Program-made: the position numbers and the translations under genes
Source: an uncultured bacterium
GTDB lineage: Bacteria; Armatimonadota; Abditibacteriia; Abditibacteriales; Abditibacteriaceae
Length of the DNA stretch: 64,000 nucleotides
Direction: 5' to 3'
NCBI GenBank assembly: GCA_963843795.1
Contig: CAWJLW010000006.1
Location: forward strand, 2,678,375 to 2,742,374
Part shown: positions 50,011 to 59,472 of the stretch, piece by piece
Layout: each line of letters begins with the position of its first letter
Numbering within the stretch: the first letter of the stretch is position 1
Notes under the pieces: model-generated
What the model was told of the DNA's origin: nothing
Seen by the model: the letters and a program-made list of their open reading frames with translations, nothing else
Databases searched by the model: none

Positions 50011-51415
50011 TTATTGTGCATCTTCGTCATTTTCAGCTCTACCGTTAGATGACGACAATTCGTTTTCGCGACGTGCTAATAAGTCCAGCGTTTTGCGCAG
50101 CGCTTCATCCAGCTTTTGGCGCGCGGTTTCATCGGGCAAATGTTCTTTACCACATTCGTTTACCAGTTGAGCGTGGCGGCGCAGTTCGGCACAGGTTTCG
50201 GCATAGTGCGTGCGTTCTCCCACAGCACAGATAGCCCGCAACATCGCGTCTAACACCGAAACAAATTCGCCGCCGTTGTTACGAATCTGGTCGAAAGCCA
50301 CATCCAGCAAATCATGAAAACTCACTGGCTCGATGACCACACGCAGTGCACCGCGCTCATCATAACGCAATCGCTCGGGGAATTTGCGCTCGGTCAAATC
50401 GCACAAAATCACGCTCAATTGATATAAAGCATTCACCGCCGTATAAGGGTCATTAGTTGAAGGCGAAAGCGCGCGCACTGCCACTTCGACCAGTTGCAAC
50501 AAACCGAATTCGATGTCTTGACGCAGGGTGCGCTGTTTGCCCAGGGCAAAACCTTTGCGCAAATCGCGGCACGCTACATCGGTCAGGCGCGCGGGCGGGT
50601 AAGCGTACAAAAGCGTATTGCCGCGCACTACAAAATCGCCGGGACGATGAATGATTTTGAGTTGAATATCGTGGTGCTGAGCCGCTTGCAGCAAAGTTTC
50701 TTCATCGACAAGTTGCACATATCCCGAATAATCTGAAAGTACTTTTGACACCTAACTCTTCAAACTTTGGCTCGTTGACAAATTGGGCTTCGTCGCCGTA
50801 ATCGGGCGAATTCTCTTCGTCGTAACCAATGCGCTCGGGAAAAATATGAGAGGCTGTGCCTTGTACTTCTTTGCGCACCTCTTCGAGCAAAGTGGAAATT
50901 TGAATCGACGACGTAATGTGGTGGATGAAATAAATCAAGACGCCAATATTCACCGCTGCCAGCGCTAAAGCGAAGGTGGTCGAAATATGCGGCACGACGC
51001 GCACCGATTCGATGTCGCGGACCGCGCGCTGAATGAGCAAACAGTACCAAAACGTCGCCACGAAAATTCCCAGCACTACCTGATTGCCACGGTCGTTCAT
51101 GAAATTACGCAGCAAGCGTGGCCCGAAATTCGAAGACGCCAAAGTAAGCGCGGCGATAGTAATTGAAAACGTGGTGCCCGCAACGGTAATCATCGACGAA
51201 CCAATTGAAGATAAAATGCTGCGCGTGCTTTGCACGCCGCCGGTGTAGAGAAACGGAAAAGTCGAGACCAGATCGCGCGCGTTGAGGTGCTGATCCATAT
51301 CTAAAAAGCCAGCCGCTGCGCCGGTCATAATGAGCACGATGAGAGCCGGCACGAACCAGAACGTGCTCATCAGGGTGCTGTAAATGCCATTGACACGCTC
51401 TTTTAAAATTCTCAT
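50011..51415 (-). CDS. DUF2254 membrane protein, split by a +1 frameshift near 50743
   Basis: FWFVP, FSITI.ALTLASSNFGPRLL in 50702..51415; SGYVQ, PGDFV, RALSPSTNDPYTA in 50011..50751. Confidence 0.85.
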
Positions 51416-51452
51416 AATGCAAAATATGGCGCTGCAAGTACTTGCAACTTAT

Positions 51453-52493
51453 TCAATCCGTGTCAACATTTTCGGCATGCACATTTTCAGCGCTGCGCCC
51501 GATAGGACGCGGTCTGGGAACCGAATTTTTGCCAACGGGCCAGCCTTCTCGCTGTTGAGTGCGGTCACCATCGGTCGCTTCGGTTTGGTCGTGCAGTAAA
51601 AGTTGCTGGGTGGGAAAGGGCAAGTCAATTCCGGCATCGGCGAGGCGATTTTTAATATTTTCCAGAATGCGGTCGCGCGAATGCAGAATTTCCGCCTGCT
51701 GCGGCGGTTCTATCCACCACAGCGCGCGCAAATTCACGGTAAAGTCGGCCAGATCGACGACGACAACTTTGGGCGCCGGATCATCCAGAGCTTCGGGTTC
51801 CTCTTTCAAGACTTGCAAAATTACATCGCGCGCGGTTTTGATGTCGTCGCCGTAGCCGATGCCGATGTCATATTCCAAACGCCGCGTGGGAAACGCCGTG
51901 TTGACCACAACCGATTCCGTGTAAAGTTCGCCGTTGGGAATCACGACGCGGCGCCCGTCGTAAGTTTTGAGATAAGTGGCGCGCGTCTGGATTTCCACAA
52001 CCGTCCCCTCGAAACCCTTGAACGCGATCTGGTCGCCAATGCGAAAAGGTTCAGTCACCAAAATCAAAATGCCCGCCAGCAAGTTCTGCAAAATATCTTT
52101 GAAAGCGAAACCAATCGCCACGCCGGAAATGCCCAACAGTTGCACCAGTTGGCCAGGTGTAAAATTGGGAATTGCGATAACCATCGCAACCATCAGGCCA
52201 ATTAACATCAAACTCCAATAAGCCAAACGCCCGAACACCAAACCTATGTTGCTATTACGTCCGGTGCGGTCGTTGAGATTTTTTACCATTGTGCGCACGC
52301 CACGCGCCACAAAATAAAAGATGATAAAAACAATCAGCGCCGCCACCAAAAACGGCAAGCGGGCCAGAAAACCGTTCAGCATTCCCTGCAACGTGCTGTA
52401 AATCGTTTGCGGATCGGGCTGTACTCCGCCCAGCGAATTCACTGGCACCGGAGTTGGAATGGCATTATCGGATGGTGAAGAAAGCGGTGGCAT
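51453..52493 (-). CDS. MscS mechanosensitive channel family protein
   Basis: GVAIGFAFKDILQN.LAG, PFRIGD, TYDGRRVVIPN, IDLPFP; AAAGGA SD. Confidence 0.92.
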   Translation of the reverse strand: MPPLSSPSDNAIPTPVPVNSLGGVQPDPQTIYSTLQGMLNGFLARLPFLVAALIVFIIFYFVARGVRTMVKNLNDRTGRNSNIGLVFGRLAYWSLMLIGLMVAMVIAIPNFTPGQLVQLLGISGVAIGFAFKDILQNLLAGILILVTEPFRIGDQIAFKGFEGTVVEIQTRATYLKTYDGRRVVIPNGELYTESVVVNTAFPTRRLEYDIGIGYGDDIKTARDVILQVLKEEPEALDDPAPKVVVVDLADFTVNLRALWWIEPPQQAEILHSRDRILENIKNRLADAGIDLPFPTQQLLLHDQTEATDGDRTQQREGWPVGKNSVPRPRPIGRSAENVHAENVDTD

Positions 52494-52625
52494 CAGAAAT
52501 GTCCTTTGTGTTGCAACGATTTTTGGCAATAAAGCTATGACTATAACCGGCAAAACGGCTGCCGCGAATACTTGCGGCACAACTTGCACGTTCGGTTTGA
52601 CCATTTCGATACTGTTTATTTCACC

Positions 52626-53201
52626 ATGAGCGCCAACTCTAACACCGAACTGCCCAATCTCAGTGGGCAAATGCCAACCGATGCCGAAGGTTCCAGCACG
52701 CTAGGACGCGATGCCGCCGAATCAAAGCAAACGCCGCTACGCGAAAATCTGGATGTGCGTGGCGAATTGACTCTGGCTTTATTGCCGACTCTGACGATTT
52801 TGTTGGTGCTGGGCTTAATTGAAGCGTTGAGCAATCAGCGTTTGTTGTTCGCTTCTTTGGCTTCGAGCGCGTTTTTGATTTATCTCGATCCCGGGCATAA
52901 AACCAATACCATGCGCACGCTGCTCATCGCGCATACCCTGGCCGCGCTAACTGGCACCTTAGCTCATCTAATTTTCGGCGATGGCTATCTTTCGGCGGGT
53001 GTCGCGATGGTGGTTTTGGTCATCACGATGATTGTGCTCAACGCCGTTCATCCACCCGCCGTTTCCACAGCGTTGGCTTTTGCGTTTCGTCAGGCACCGG
53101 AATCGAATTTAGCGTTGTTTGAATTATCGCTTTTAGTGGTTGTACTTTTGGTCGCATTGCAACGCGGCGCGACTTGGCTGTTGGCACGACTGCAACGCTA
53201 A
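52626..53201 (+). CDS. HPP family membrane protein
   Basis: LFASLASSA, VHPPA, several TM helices. Confidence 0.88.
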   Translation: MSANSNTELPNLSGQMPTDAEGSSTLGRDAAESKQTPLRENLDVRGELTLALLPTLTILLVLGLIEALSNQRLLFASLASSAFLIYLDPGHKTNTMRTLLIAHTLAALTGTLAHLIFGDGYLSAGVAMVVLVITMIVLNAVHPPAVSTALAFAFRQAPESNLALFELSLLVVVLLVALQRGATWLLARLQR

Positions 53202-53233
53202 ACGCCCGCTGCAAGTACTTGCAGCGGGCGTTT
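53200..53233. terminator. Bidirectional terminator hairpin with palindrome core
   Basis: 34-bp perfect palindrome between convergent genes. Confidence 0.8.
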
Positions 53234-53248
53234 TTAAGTCGCGAACGA

Positions 53249-54733
53249 TTAAATTTTCGGCAGTTCGAAGCCTTTGCGATATTCGCGGCTGCGATATTCT
53301 TTGGCTCGAGGCGTGAGAATTTCGCGTTTCACCGGATCGCATTCGATCACGAAACCGGGTTCGGCGATCTTTTCGACGATAGAGCCAAGTAGCATCACTT
53401 CGGTGATGGGCGCAGCATAGTTGCCGAAGTTGGATTTGGGGAAAGTCCACGCTTCTTCGCCGCGTGCCGCCATGATCCATTCTTCTTTGTGACCGGGCGA
53501 ACGCGGGATGGTTTTTTCGGGACGCTTGGCTTCGCGCATGAACTTTTCGGGAATCAGGCGCGGGCTTTCGCCATAGTCACCAGCCACCAGAAGTTTGCCT
53601 TTTGTACCGATATACAACGAACCGGTGCCGGGCAAATCGCGCTTATCGGCGGGACGATCTTCATCATTTTTGAGTTCGTCCGGCACTGGCGGACGCAAGC
53701 CGCCTGAATACCAGTGCGCCACGAAACCGGGGCGATTGTCTTTGGCCGGAAATGTCCATTTGAAGTGCGTTTGTTTGGCGAACGTGTATGGGCCGGGTTC
53801 AATCACTTCGAGCAGTTCGACTTTGGACGGATAATCGGGCATTGTAGACCAATAAGGCGCATCCCAAGTGTGGCAGCCCATATCGCCGACTGCACCGCAG
53901 CCGAAATCTTTCCAGCCGCGCCACTCGAACGAGTGCAGATGCGTGTGATAAGCGCGTTCTGCTGCGGGGCCAAGCCACACATCCCAGTTCAACTGGTCGG
54001 GCTTGGGCACTTCTTCGATTTTCAGATTGCCCTGCGGCCACACCGGGCGGTTCGTCCAGGTGTGAATTTCCACTACATCACCAATCAAACCCGCATTAAT
54101 CCATTCGACCGTCAAACGGTTGCCTTCGCCAGCATGACCCTGGTTACCCATTTGCGTGGCGACTTTCTTTTGCAAAGTCGCTTCTTGCATCAAACGCGCT
54201 TCCTCAATGCTCCACGTCAACGGCTTTTCGCAGTAAACGTGCTTGCCCGCCAAAATCGCATGGAGAGAAGGCAGCGCGTGGTTGTGATCGGGCGTGGCCA
54301 CAATGACCGCATCGGCTTGATCGAGGTGCGCATCGAACATTTTGCGCCAGTCAGTGTATTGTTTGGCATTAGGCGCTTTCTCGACCAAGCTGCCGTAACG
54401 CGTCGGATCAACGTCACAATAGGCGAGACACTCGTTGCCGCCCACTTGTGTATTGTTGGGATCGGAGAAAATATGATGTGCACCCGCCTGACCGCCAGTT
54501 GCGACGTGCAAAAGCTTCAATTTTTGTTTGCCCGGTTCGGCAGCGCGTGCGATGAACGGCCCGAAAGCGCGCGATGAAAGCGCAGGTGCCAGCGCTGCGC
54601 CCGCCGCGAGACCAACCGCGCCCGTTAAAAAGCCACGTCGCGTCACAATGCGCGGCGCATCTTTAGGGGTGTTTTCTGTGGACGCCAGATCGGTTTCAAC
54701 AGCGTCGTTTTCTACATGTTCGTTTTCTTTCAC
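53249..54733 (-). CDS. Tat-exported Gfo/Idh/MocA oxidoreductase
   Basis: TRRGFL Tat motif; ATPDH, YCEKPL, TQMGNQ, GDMGCH; GGAGG SD before GTG. Confidence 0.9.
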   Translation of the reverse strand: MKENEHVENDAVETDLASTENTPKDAPRIVTRRGFLTGAVGLAAGAALAPALSSRAFGPFIARAAEPGKQKLKLLHVATGGQAGAHHIFSDPNNTQVGGNECLAYCDVDPTRYGSLVEKAPNAKQYTDWRKMFDAHLDQADAVIVATPDHNHALPSLHAILAGKHVYCEKPLTWSIEEARLMQEATLQKKVATQMGNQGHAGEGNRLTVEWINAGLIGDVVEIHTWTNRPVWPQGNLKIEEVPKPDQLNWDVWLGPAAERAYHTHLHSFEWRGWKDFGCGAVGDMGCHTWDAPYWSTMPDYPSKVELLEVIEPGPYTFAKQTHFKWTFPAKDNRPGFVAHWYSGGLRPPVPDELKNDEDRPADKRDLPGTGSLYIGTKGKLLVAGDYGESPRLIPEKFMREAKRPEKTIPRSPGHKEEWIMAARGEEAWTFPKSNFGNYAAPITEVMLLGSIVEKIAEPGFVIECDPVKREILTPRAKEYRSREYRKGFELPKI

Positions 54734-54895
54734 AATTTCCTCCGGTATTAGTTGCAAATTAGCAACAAATTAGCAAAATGACAAAGTTAACGCCCGCAAG
54801 TACTTGCGGGCGGTTTTGAGAACTACAAAGTTTAGAACTTCGTGGCGCTTAAAAGTTACAGCAACTTTTTGCATCTTTTGAGCTTACGCTTGAGC

Positions 54896-56680
54896 TTACC
54901 ATTCGGGATCAGCGGTTAACATTTCCGTCGCCGATTCAGCGTCCAGTGGCCCAGCGAAATAATAACCCTGCCCGTAATGACATTTTAAAGCGCGCAAATG
55001 TTCTAACTGCGCTTCGGTTTCAACGCCTTCGGCGATAACATCCATCCTCAGCGTGTGCGCAAGCGCGACAATGGTACGCACGATTTCTTCGTTTTTCTCC
55101 GCTGCGTCCATTTGTGAAACGAACGACTGGTCGATTTTCAAAACATTAAACGGAAAACGATGCAAATAACTCAGGCTGGAATAACCGGTTCCGAAATCGT
55201 CCAGACTGAGTTTAATGCCATACGCTTTGAACTGATTCAAAGTTTTAATGGCAGTTTCGGGATCATCCATTAAGGCCGATTCGGTGACTTCAAGTTTTAA
55301 ACTGCCGCCATCTAAACCACTGATTTGCAAGATTCGGTCGATCTGCTTCACCAAATCGGGCTGTGTGAACTGACGCGCCGATAAGTTGACCGACATGATA
55401 AGGCTGGAATTGCGTCCCCCGCGTTTTTGCCATGTCGCCAATTGCCGACACGATTCGCGCAAAACCCACTGCCCGATGTGATTGATTAAACCCGTGTCTT
55501 CGGCGATGGGAATGAAGCGGGCGGGCGAAATTTTGCCCAATTTGGGATGGAACCAGCGCACGAGAGCTTCAAAACCAATCACACGGCCCGTTGCCAAAGA
55601 AACTAAAGGCTGATAAAAACAGCGAAATTCCTGACGTTCCACTGCGCGGCGCATATCGGATTCGAGCTGCATCGCTCCACTATCGTTGCGAGCGCGATCA
55701 CTGCTTTGCCACACTTCATAACGCCCGCGCCCTTTTTCTTTAGCGCGATACATCGCGGCTTCGGCGTTGCGCATCAGGTTTTCCATACGCTCGTCGCGCC
55801 GTCCCAATGCCACACCAATCGAAGCATTAGAATAAACTTCCTGGCTTTCAATCGTTAGCGACATCGCCAAACGTTTTTGAATGCGGTCCAGCAGCGGCGT
55901 CACGTCTTTAATATCGCTGATGTCGTCGAGCAAAATTCCAAATTCGTCGCCGCCCAGACGCGCCAGCAAATCGTTGGGCCGCAAAACGGCTTCCAATCGA
56001 CGCGCGATGCCAATGAGCAATTGGTCGCCCGCATTGTGACCGAGCGTATCGTTGACGACTTTGAAGCGATCCAAATCTAAAAACACCACAGCGAACTGTG
56101 GCTGATTAGTATTTTCGCGGTTAGCCGCGCGCTTGAGCAGAACGCCAATGCGTTCTACAAATAAATTGCGGTCGGCCAAACCGGTGGTTTTGTCGTGCCA
56201 CGCGTGACGCATCAAACGTTCTTCAGCAGTTTTTTCTCGCGAAATGTCGCGCACCGAGCCGCACCAACCATCAGCGCTTTTCTCTCCGTCTGCGCCGTTA
56301 TCGCTTTCGCGCGGCCACACGCTCCACGAAGTCCACAGCGCCGTGCCATCTTTGCGATTAATTTGAATTTCGTAGTCGTTGAGCGCTCTTTGGCTTTGCA
56401 ATTTTCGCAACACTGCTTCAGCAGCGGCGCTTTCAAAAAAAAGCGCGGAAGAAAATAACGATGGAGTCAGATCGAGAAACTCGGTCGGCGATTCATAGCC
56501 GAAGCAGCGCGCCATCGCCGGATTGGCCGCGCATAACACGCCGTTGGAACTACATTCGAAAAACCCTTCGCGAGCGTGCTGCCACAAAGCCGAATCACGC
56601 GCTTTGGGTGCGCCAGTGGCCGCAGACGCGGATGCTTCGCCGTTGCCCGCATTGGTTTTGCCGAAATTCCACAATGCCAT
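54896..56680 (-). CDS. PAS-GGDEF-EAL diguanylate cyclase/phosphodiesterase
   Basis: PAS/PAC, RLGGDEF, FEALVRW, DDFGTGYSS; start may be 56710. Confidence 0.93.
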   Translation of the reverse strand: MALWNFGKTNAGNGEASASAATGAPKARDSALWQHAREGFFECSSNGVLCAANPAMARCFGYESPTEFLDLTPSLFSSALFFESAAAEAVLRKLQSQRALNDYEIQINRKDGTALWTSWSVWPRESDNGADGEKSADGWCGSVRDISREKTAEERLMRHAWHDKTTGLADRNLFVERIGVLLKRAANRENTNQPQFAVVFLDLDRFKVVNDTLGHNAGDQLLIGIARRLEAVLRPNDLLARLGGDEFGILLDDISDIKDVTPLLDRIQKRLAMSLTIESQEVYSNASIGVALGRRDERMENLMRNAEAAMYRAKEKGRGRYEVWQSSDRARNDSGAMQLESDMRRAVERQEFRCFYQPLVSLATGRVIGFEALVRWFHPKLGKISPARFIPIAEDTGLINHIGQWVLRESCRQLATWQKRGGRNSSLIMSVNLSARQFTQPDLVKQIDRILQISGLDGGSLKLEVTESALMDDPETAIKTLNQFKAYGIKLSLDDFGTGYSSLSYLHRFPFNVLKIDQSFVSQMDAAEKNEEIVRTIVALAHTLRMDVIAEGVETEAQLEHLRALKCHYGQGYYFAGPLDAESATEMLTADPEW

Positions 56681-56912
56681 AAAATCCTCGTCCGACTTTA
56701 GCGCTCGCACACCGATGATCTAAAGTGTGAAAACGCGATGCGCCGTGCGTTGCGCCGCCTAATGCTGCGTTCATCGCACCAATTTTTATTTTCCCAGATT
56801 TGTCACAACTTAAACACTCTTAGCACATTGCATTAAGTATGTCGCATTGCACCTTAATTGGATATGCCACGAATTGGCCTCGTTACAAATCACTTCTTTC
56901 ACCCATTGGTCT

Positions 56913-56956
56913 GCTACGAATTGGCCTTGCAAGTACTTGCAAGGCCAATTCGTAGC
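56913..56956. repeat. 44-bp perfect palindrome with the 12-bp core, between divergent genes
   Basis: GCTACGAATTGGCCTT-GCAAGTACTTGC-AAGGCCAATTCGTAGC. Confidence 0.88.
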
Positions 56957-57105
56957 GTGAGCCAGCTGCAGTTGCAGCTGTGAATTGCGGCTGTGAAATC
57001 ACGAAGCGAAAACGGTTTGCTATCCTTGAAAGCGGATAATTGCATTTCGACCCATTCGGCTGCAGATGCACCATTAAAATAAATTAATGCGACAGCGTGG
57101 AAACT

Positions 57106-58161
57106 ATGAGCAAAATTTTACTGATTACGGGCGGCACCGGCTTTTTGGGCTGCCATATCGCGGCACGTTTTCTTCGCGATGACTGGCAAGTTCGCTTGTT
57201 TGATCTGGCTCCTTTGGACGAACCCGAACTGCTGGAAGCCCAAATCGAGGGCCGCGTGCAAACGATTCACGGCGATGTCGCCGACCGCGCTGCTGTGATG
57301 AAGGCCAGCGAAGGCGTGACAGCGACGATTCACACCGCGGCGGCGTTGCCTATTCAAGGTGACCGCGACAAGATTATGGACACCAACGTTGGCGGCACTC
57401 AAAACGCGCTCGAAGGCGCGCGCGAACATGGCGTCGAGAAAGTGGTGCATATTTCATCGACCGCAGTTTACGGCGTGCCCAAAATTCATCCTTTATACGA
57501 AACCTCGCCGATTGTGCCCTTGGGCTTATATGGAATTTCCAAAGTCGAAGCCGAAGCGCGCTGCGACCGCGCTCGCGAAAATGGTGTTGATGTGACAATT
57601 GTTCGCCCCAAAACTTTTATTGGAACCGGTCGATTGGGCATTTTTCAAATTTTGTTCGAATGGATTCGCGAAGGCCGCCGCATTCCAATTATCGGAACGG
57701 GTAACAATCAGTATCAACTGATGGCAGTTAGCGATCTGGTCGATTTGCTGTATCGCAGCGTAACAATGCCCAATCGCAACGAAACTTTCAACGCGGGCGC
57801 GCGCGAATTTGGTACCGTCCGTGAAGATTTGAATGCCGTGTTGCGCCACGCCGGAACCGGCGCGCGCTTATCGCCGCAACCGCCGTGGTTGGTGCAGCCC
57901 ATTTTGCGGGCGCTGGAAATTGCCAAATTATCGCCACTGGTCGAATGGCATTATAAAACGGCGAATATGGATTCGTTTGTCGATTGCTCGCACGCCGAAG
58001 AAGTTTTGGGCTGGCGCACCGAAAAATCGAACGCGCAGACTTTGATCGAAACTTACGATTGGTATCTCAACCATTACGAAGATTATCTCGATAAAGTTGG
58101 CCTCACGCATCGTGTTGCGTGGGATCAAGGCGCTTTGAACTGGTTTCGTAAAATTAGCTAA
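57106..58161 (+). CDS. NAD-dependent epimerase/dehydratase
   Basis: ITGGTGFLG, ISSTAVYG, YGISK. Confidence 0.9.
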   Translation: MSKILLITGGTGFLGCHIAARFLRDDWQVRLFDLAPLDEPELLEAQIEGRVQTIHGDVADRAAVMKASEGVTATIHTAAALPIQGDRDKIMDTNVGGTQNALEGAREHGVEKVVHISSTAVYGVPKIHPLYETSPIVPLGLYGISKVEAEARCDRARENGVDVTIVRPKTFIGTGRLGIFQILFEWIREGRRIPIIGTGNNQYQLMAVSDLVDLLYRSVTMPNRNETFNAGAREFGTVREDLNAVLRHAGTGARLSPQPPWLVQPILRALEIAKLSPLVEWHYKTANMDSFVDCSHAEEVLGWRTEKSNAQTLIETYDWYLNHYEDYLDKVGLTHRVAWDQGALNWFRKIS

Positions 58162-58220
58162 AAAGGCGCTGCAAGTACTTGCGCCCGTAATTGCAGCGCA
58201 CAATTTCCCTTTCGTTTTTC

Positions 58221-59402
58221 ATGCTGCTCGATTTTGAAGGTCAACGCATCAGTGGGCGCGAACCGTTCGCCACGCTCGAAGCGCGCGGCAATGTGGCGCA
58301 TTGGAAGAATGTGTCTGCCACGCCAAGTGCAAGTTGGCAAAACGAAACCGATTTTTTCGCGGCATGGCGCGCGCTCAATGCGTGGGGCAAAATCCATTTT
58401 CCATCTGGCGGCGCTCTGGGGTTTTTAAGTTACGATTGGGCGCGCGTCCTCGAACCACGCGCTTTTTCCCAACCGTGCGCGAAAAATGAAACGCAGTTGC
58501 CGGATGTGCGCGTGACGTTTTTTCGTCATCTTGATGAAGCACCCTCGCCGCCCGCAGGAGAAAATTTAGGGCGCGTCTCGACGCTGGGAAGTGAAGCCGA
58601 AGCTGATGGCAAGTACTTGCAGGACGTGCGATGTGTTCAAGATTTCATTGCGCGCGGCGATATTTATCAGGCCAACTTAACGCGCCGTTTCGAGCAGGAA
58701 TTGAACTGTGCGCCGCGCTCATTATATGAACGTTTGCGCGCAAACCACGCAGTGAATTTCGGCGCGTTTCTGGAATGGGACGACTGGCAAATCGTTTCCA
58801 ATTCTCCCGAACGTTTCGTGCGTTTGCGTAATCGCGAACTTTTGGCGCAGCCGATCAAAGGCACTATCGCGCGCGGACGAAATGCGCAGGATGATGCCAA
58901 ATTACGCGCGCAATTGCAATTTTCGCCCAAAGACCGCGCGGAAAATGTGATGATCGTTGATTTGCTGCGTAACGATCTGGGTCGGGTTTGCGAATGGGGC
59001 AGCGTGCGTGTGCCGCGTTTGTGGGCGATTGAAACCTTCGGCACACTGCATCATTTGGTTTCGGATGTAAGCGGCATTTTGCGCGAAAATTTGGACGGTT
59101 TGGATGTCTTACGTGCCTTATTTCCATGCGGCTCGATTACCGGTGCGCCGAAAATTCGCGCGATGCAAATTTTAGACGAGTTAGAGCCAGTGAAACGCGG
59201 CGTCGCGATGGGTGCACTGGGCTATTGGAAATTTGGTGGCGATATGGATTGGAACGTCGCCATTCGCACTGTGACATGCCGCGAAGGTCGCGCCGAATTT
59301 CATTGCGGCGGCGGCATCGTGGCCGATAGTCGCGCCGAGGATGAGTGGCGAGAATTGCAATTGAAAGCGCGCGCGCTGCGCACTGCCCTGGCAATGCTGT
59401 GA
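58221..59402 (+). CDS. pabB: Aminodeoxychorismate synthase / anthranilate synthase component I family
   Basis: GDIYQANL, SPERF, PIKGT, AENVMIVDLLRND, FPCGSITGAPK. Confidence 0.85.
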   Translation: MLLDFEGQRISGREPFATLEARGNVAHWKNVSATPSASWQNETDFFAAWRALNAWGKIHFPSGGALGFLSYDWARVLEPRAFSQPCAKNETQLPDVRVTFFRHLDEAPSPPAGENLGRVSTLGSEAEADGKYLQDVRCVQDFIARGDIYQANLTRRFEQELNCAPRSLYERLRANHAVNFGAFLEWDDWQIVSNSPERFVRLRNRELLAQPIKGTIARGRNAQDDAKLRAQLQFSPKDRAENVMIVDLLRNDLGRVCEWGSVRVPRLWAIETFGTLHHLVSDVSGILRENLDGLDVLRALFPCGSITGAPKIRAMQILDELEPVKRGVAMGALGYWKFGGDMDWNVAIRTVTCREGRAEFHCGGGIVADSRAEDEWRELQLKARALRTALAML

Positions 59403-59472
59403 ACTGTGTGGCAAGTACTTGCCACTGCAATAACGCAGCAACTACGCTGTCGGGTTATAATTTTTTGGAATC

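Noticed and set aside
7532..54733. Five Gfo/Idh/MocA genes as one system
   Set aside because: Divergent, unlinked paralogs of a commonly expanded family.
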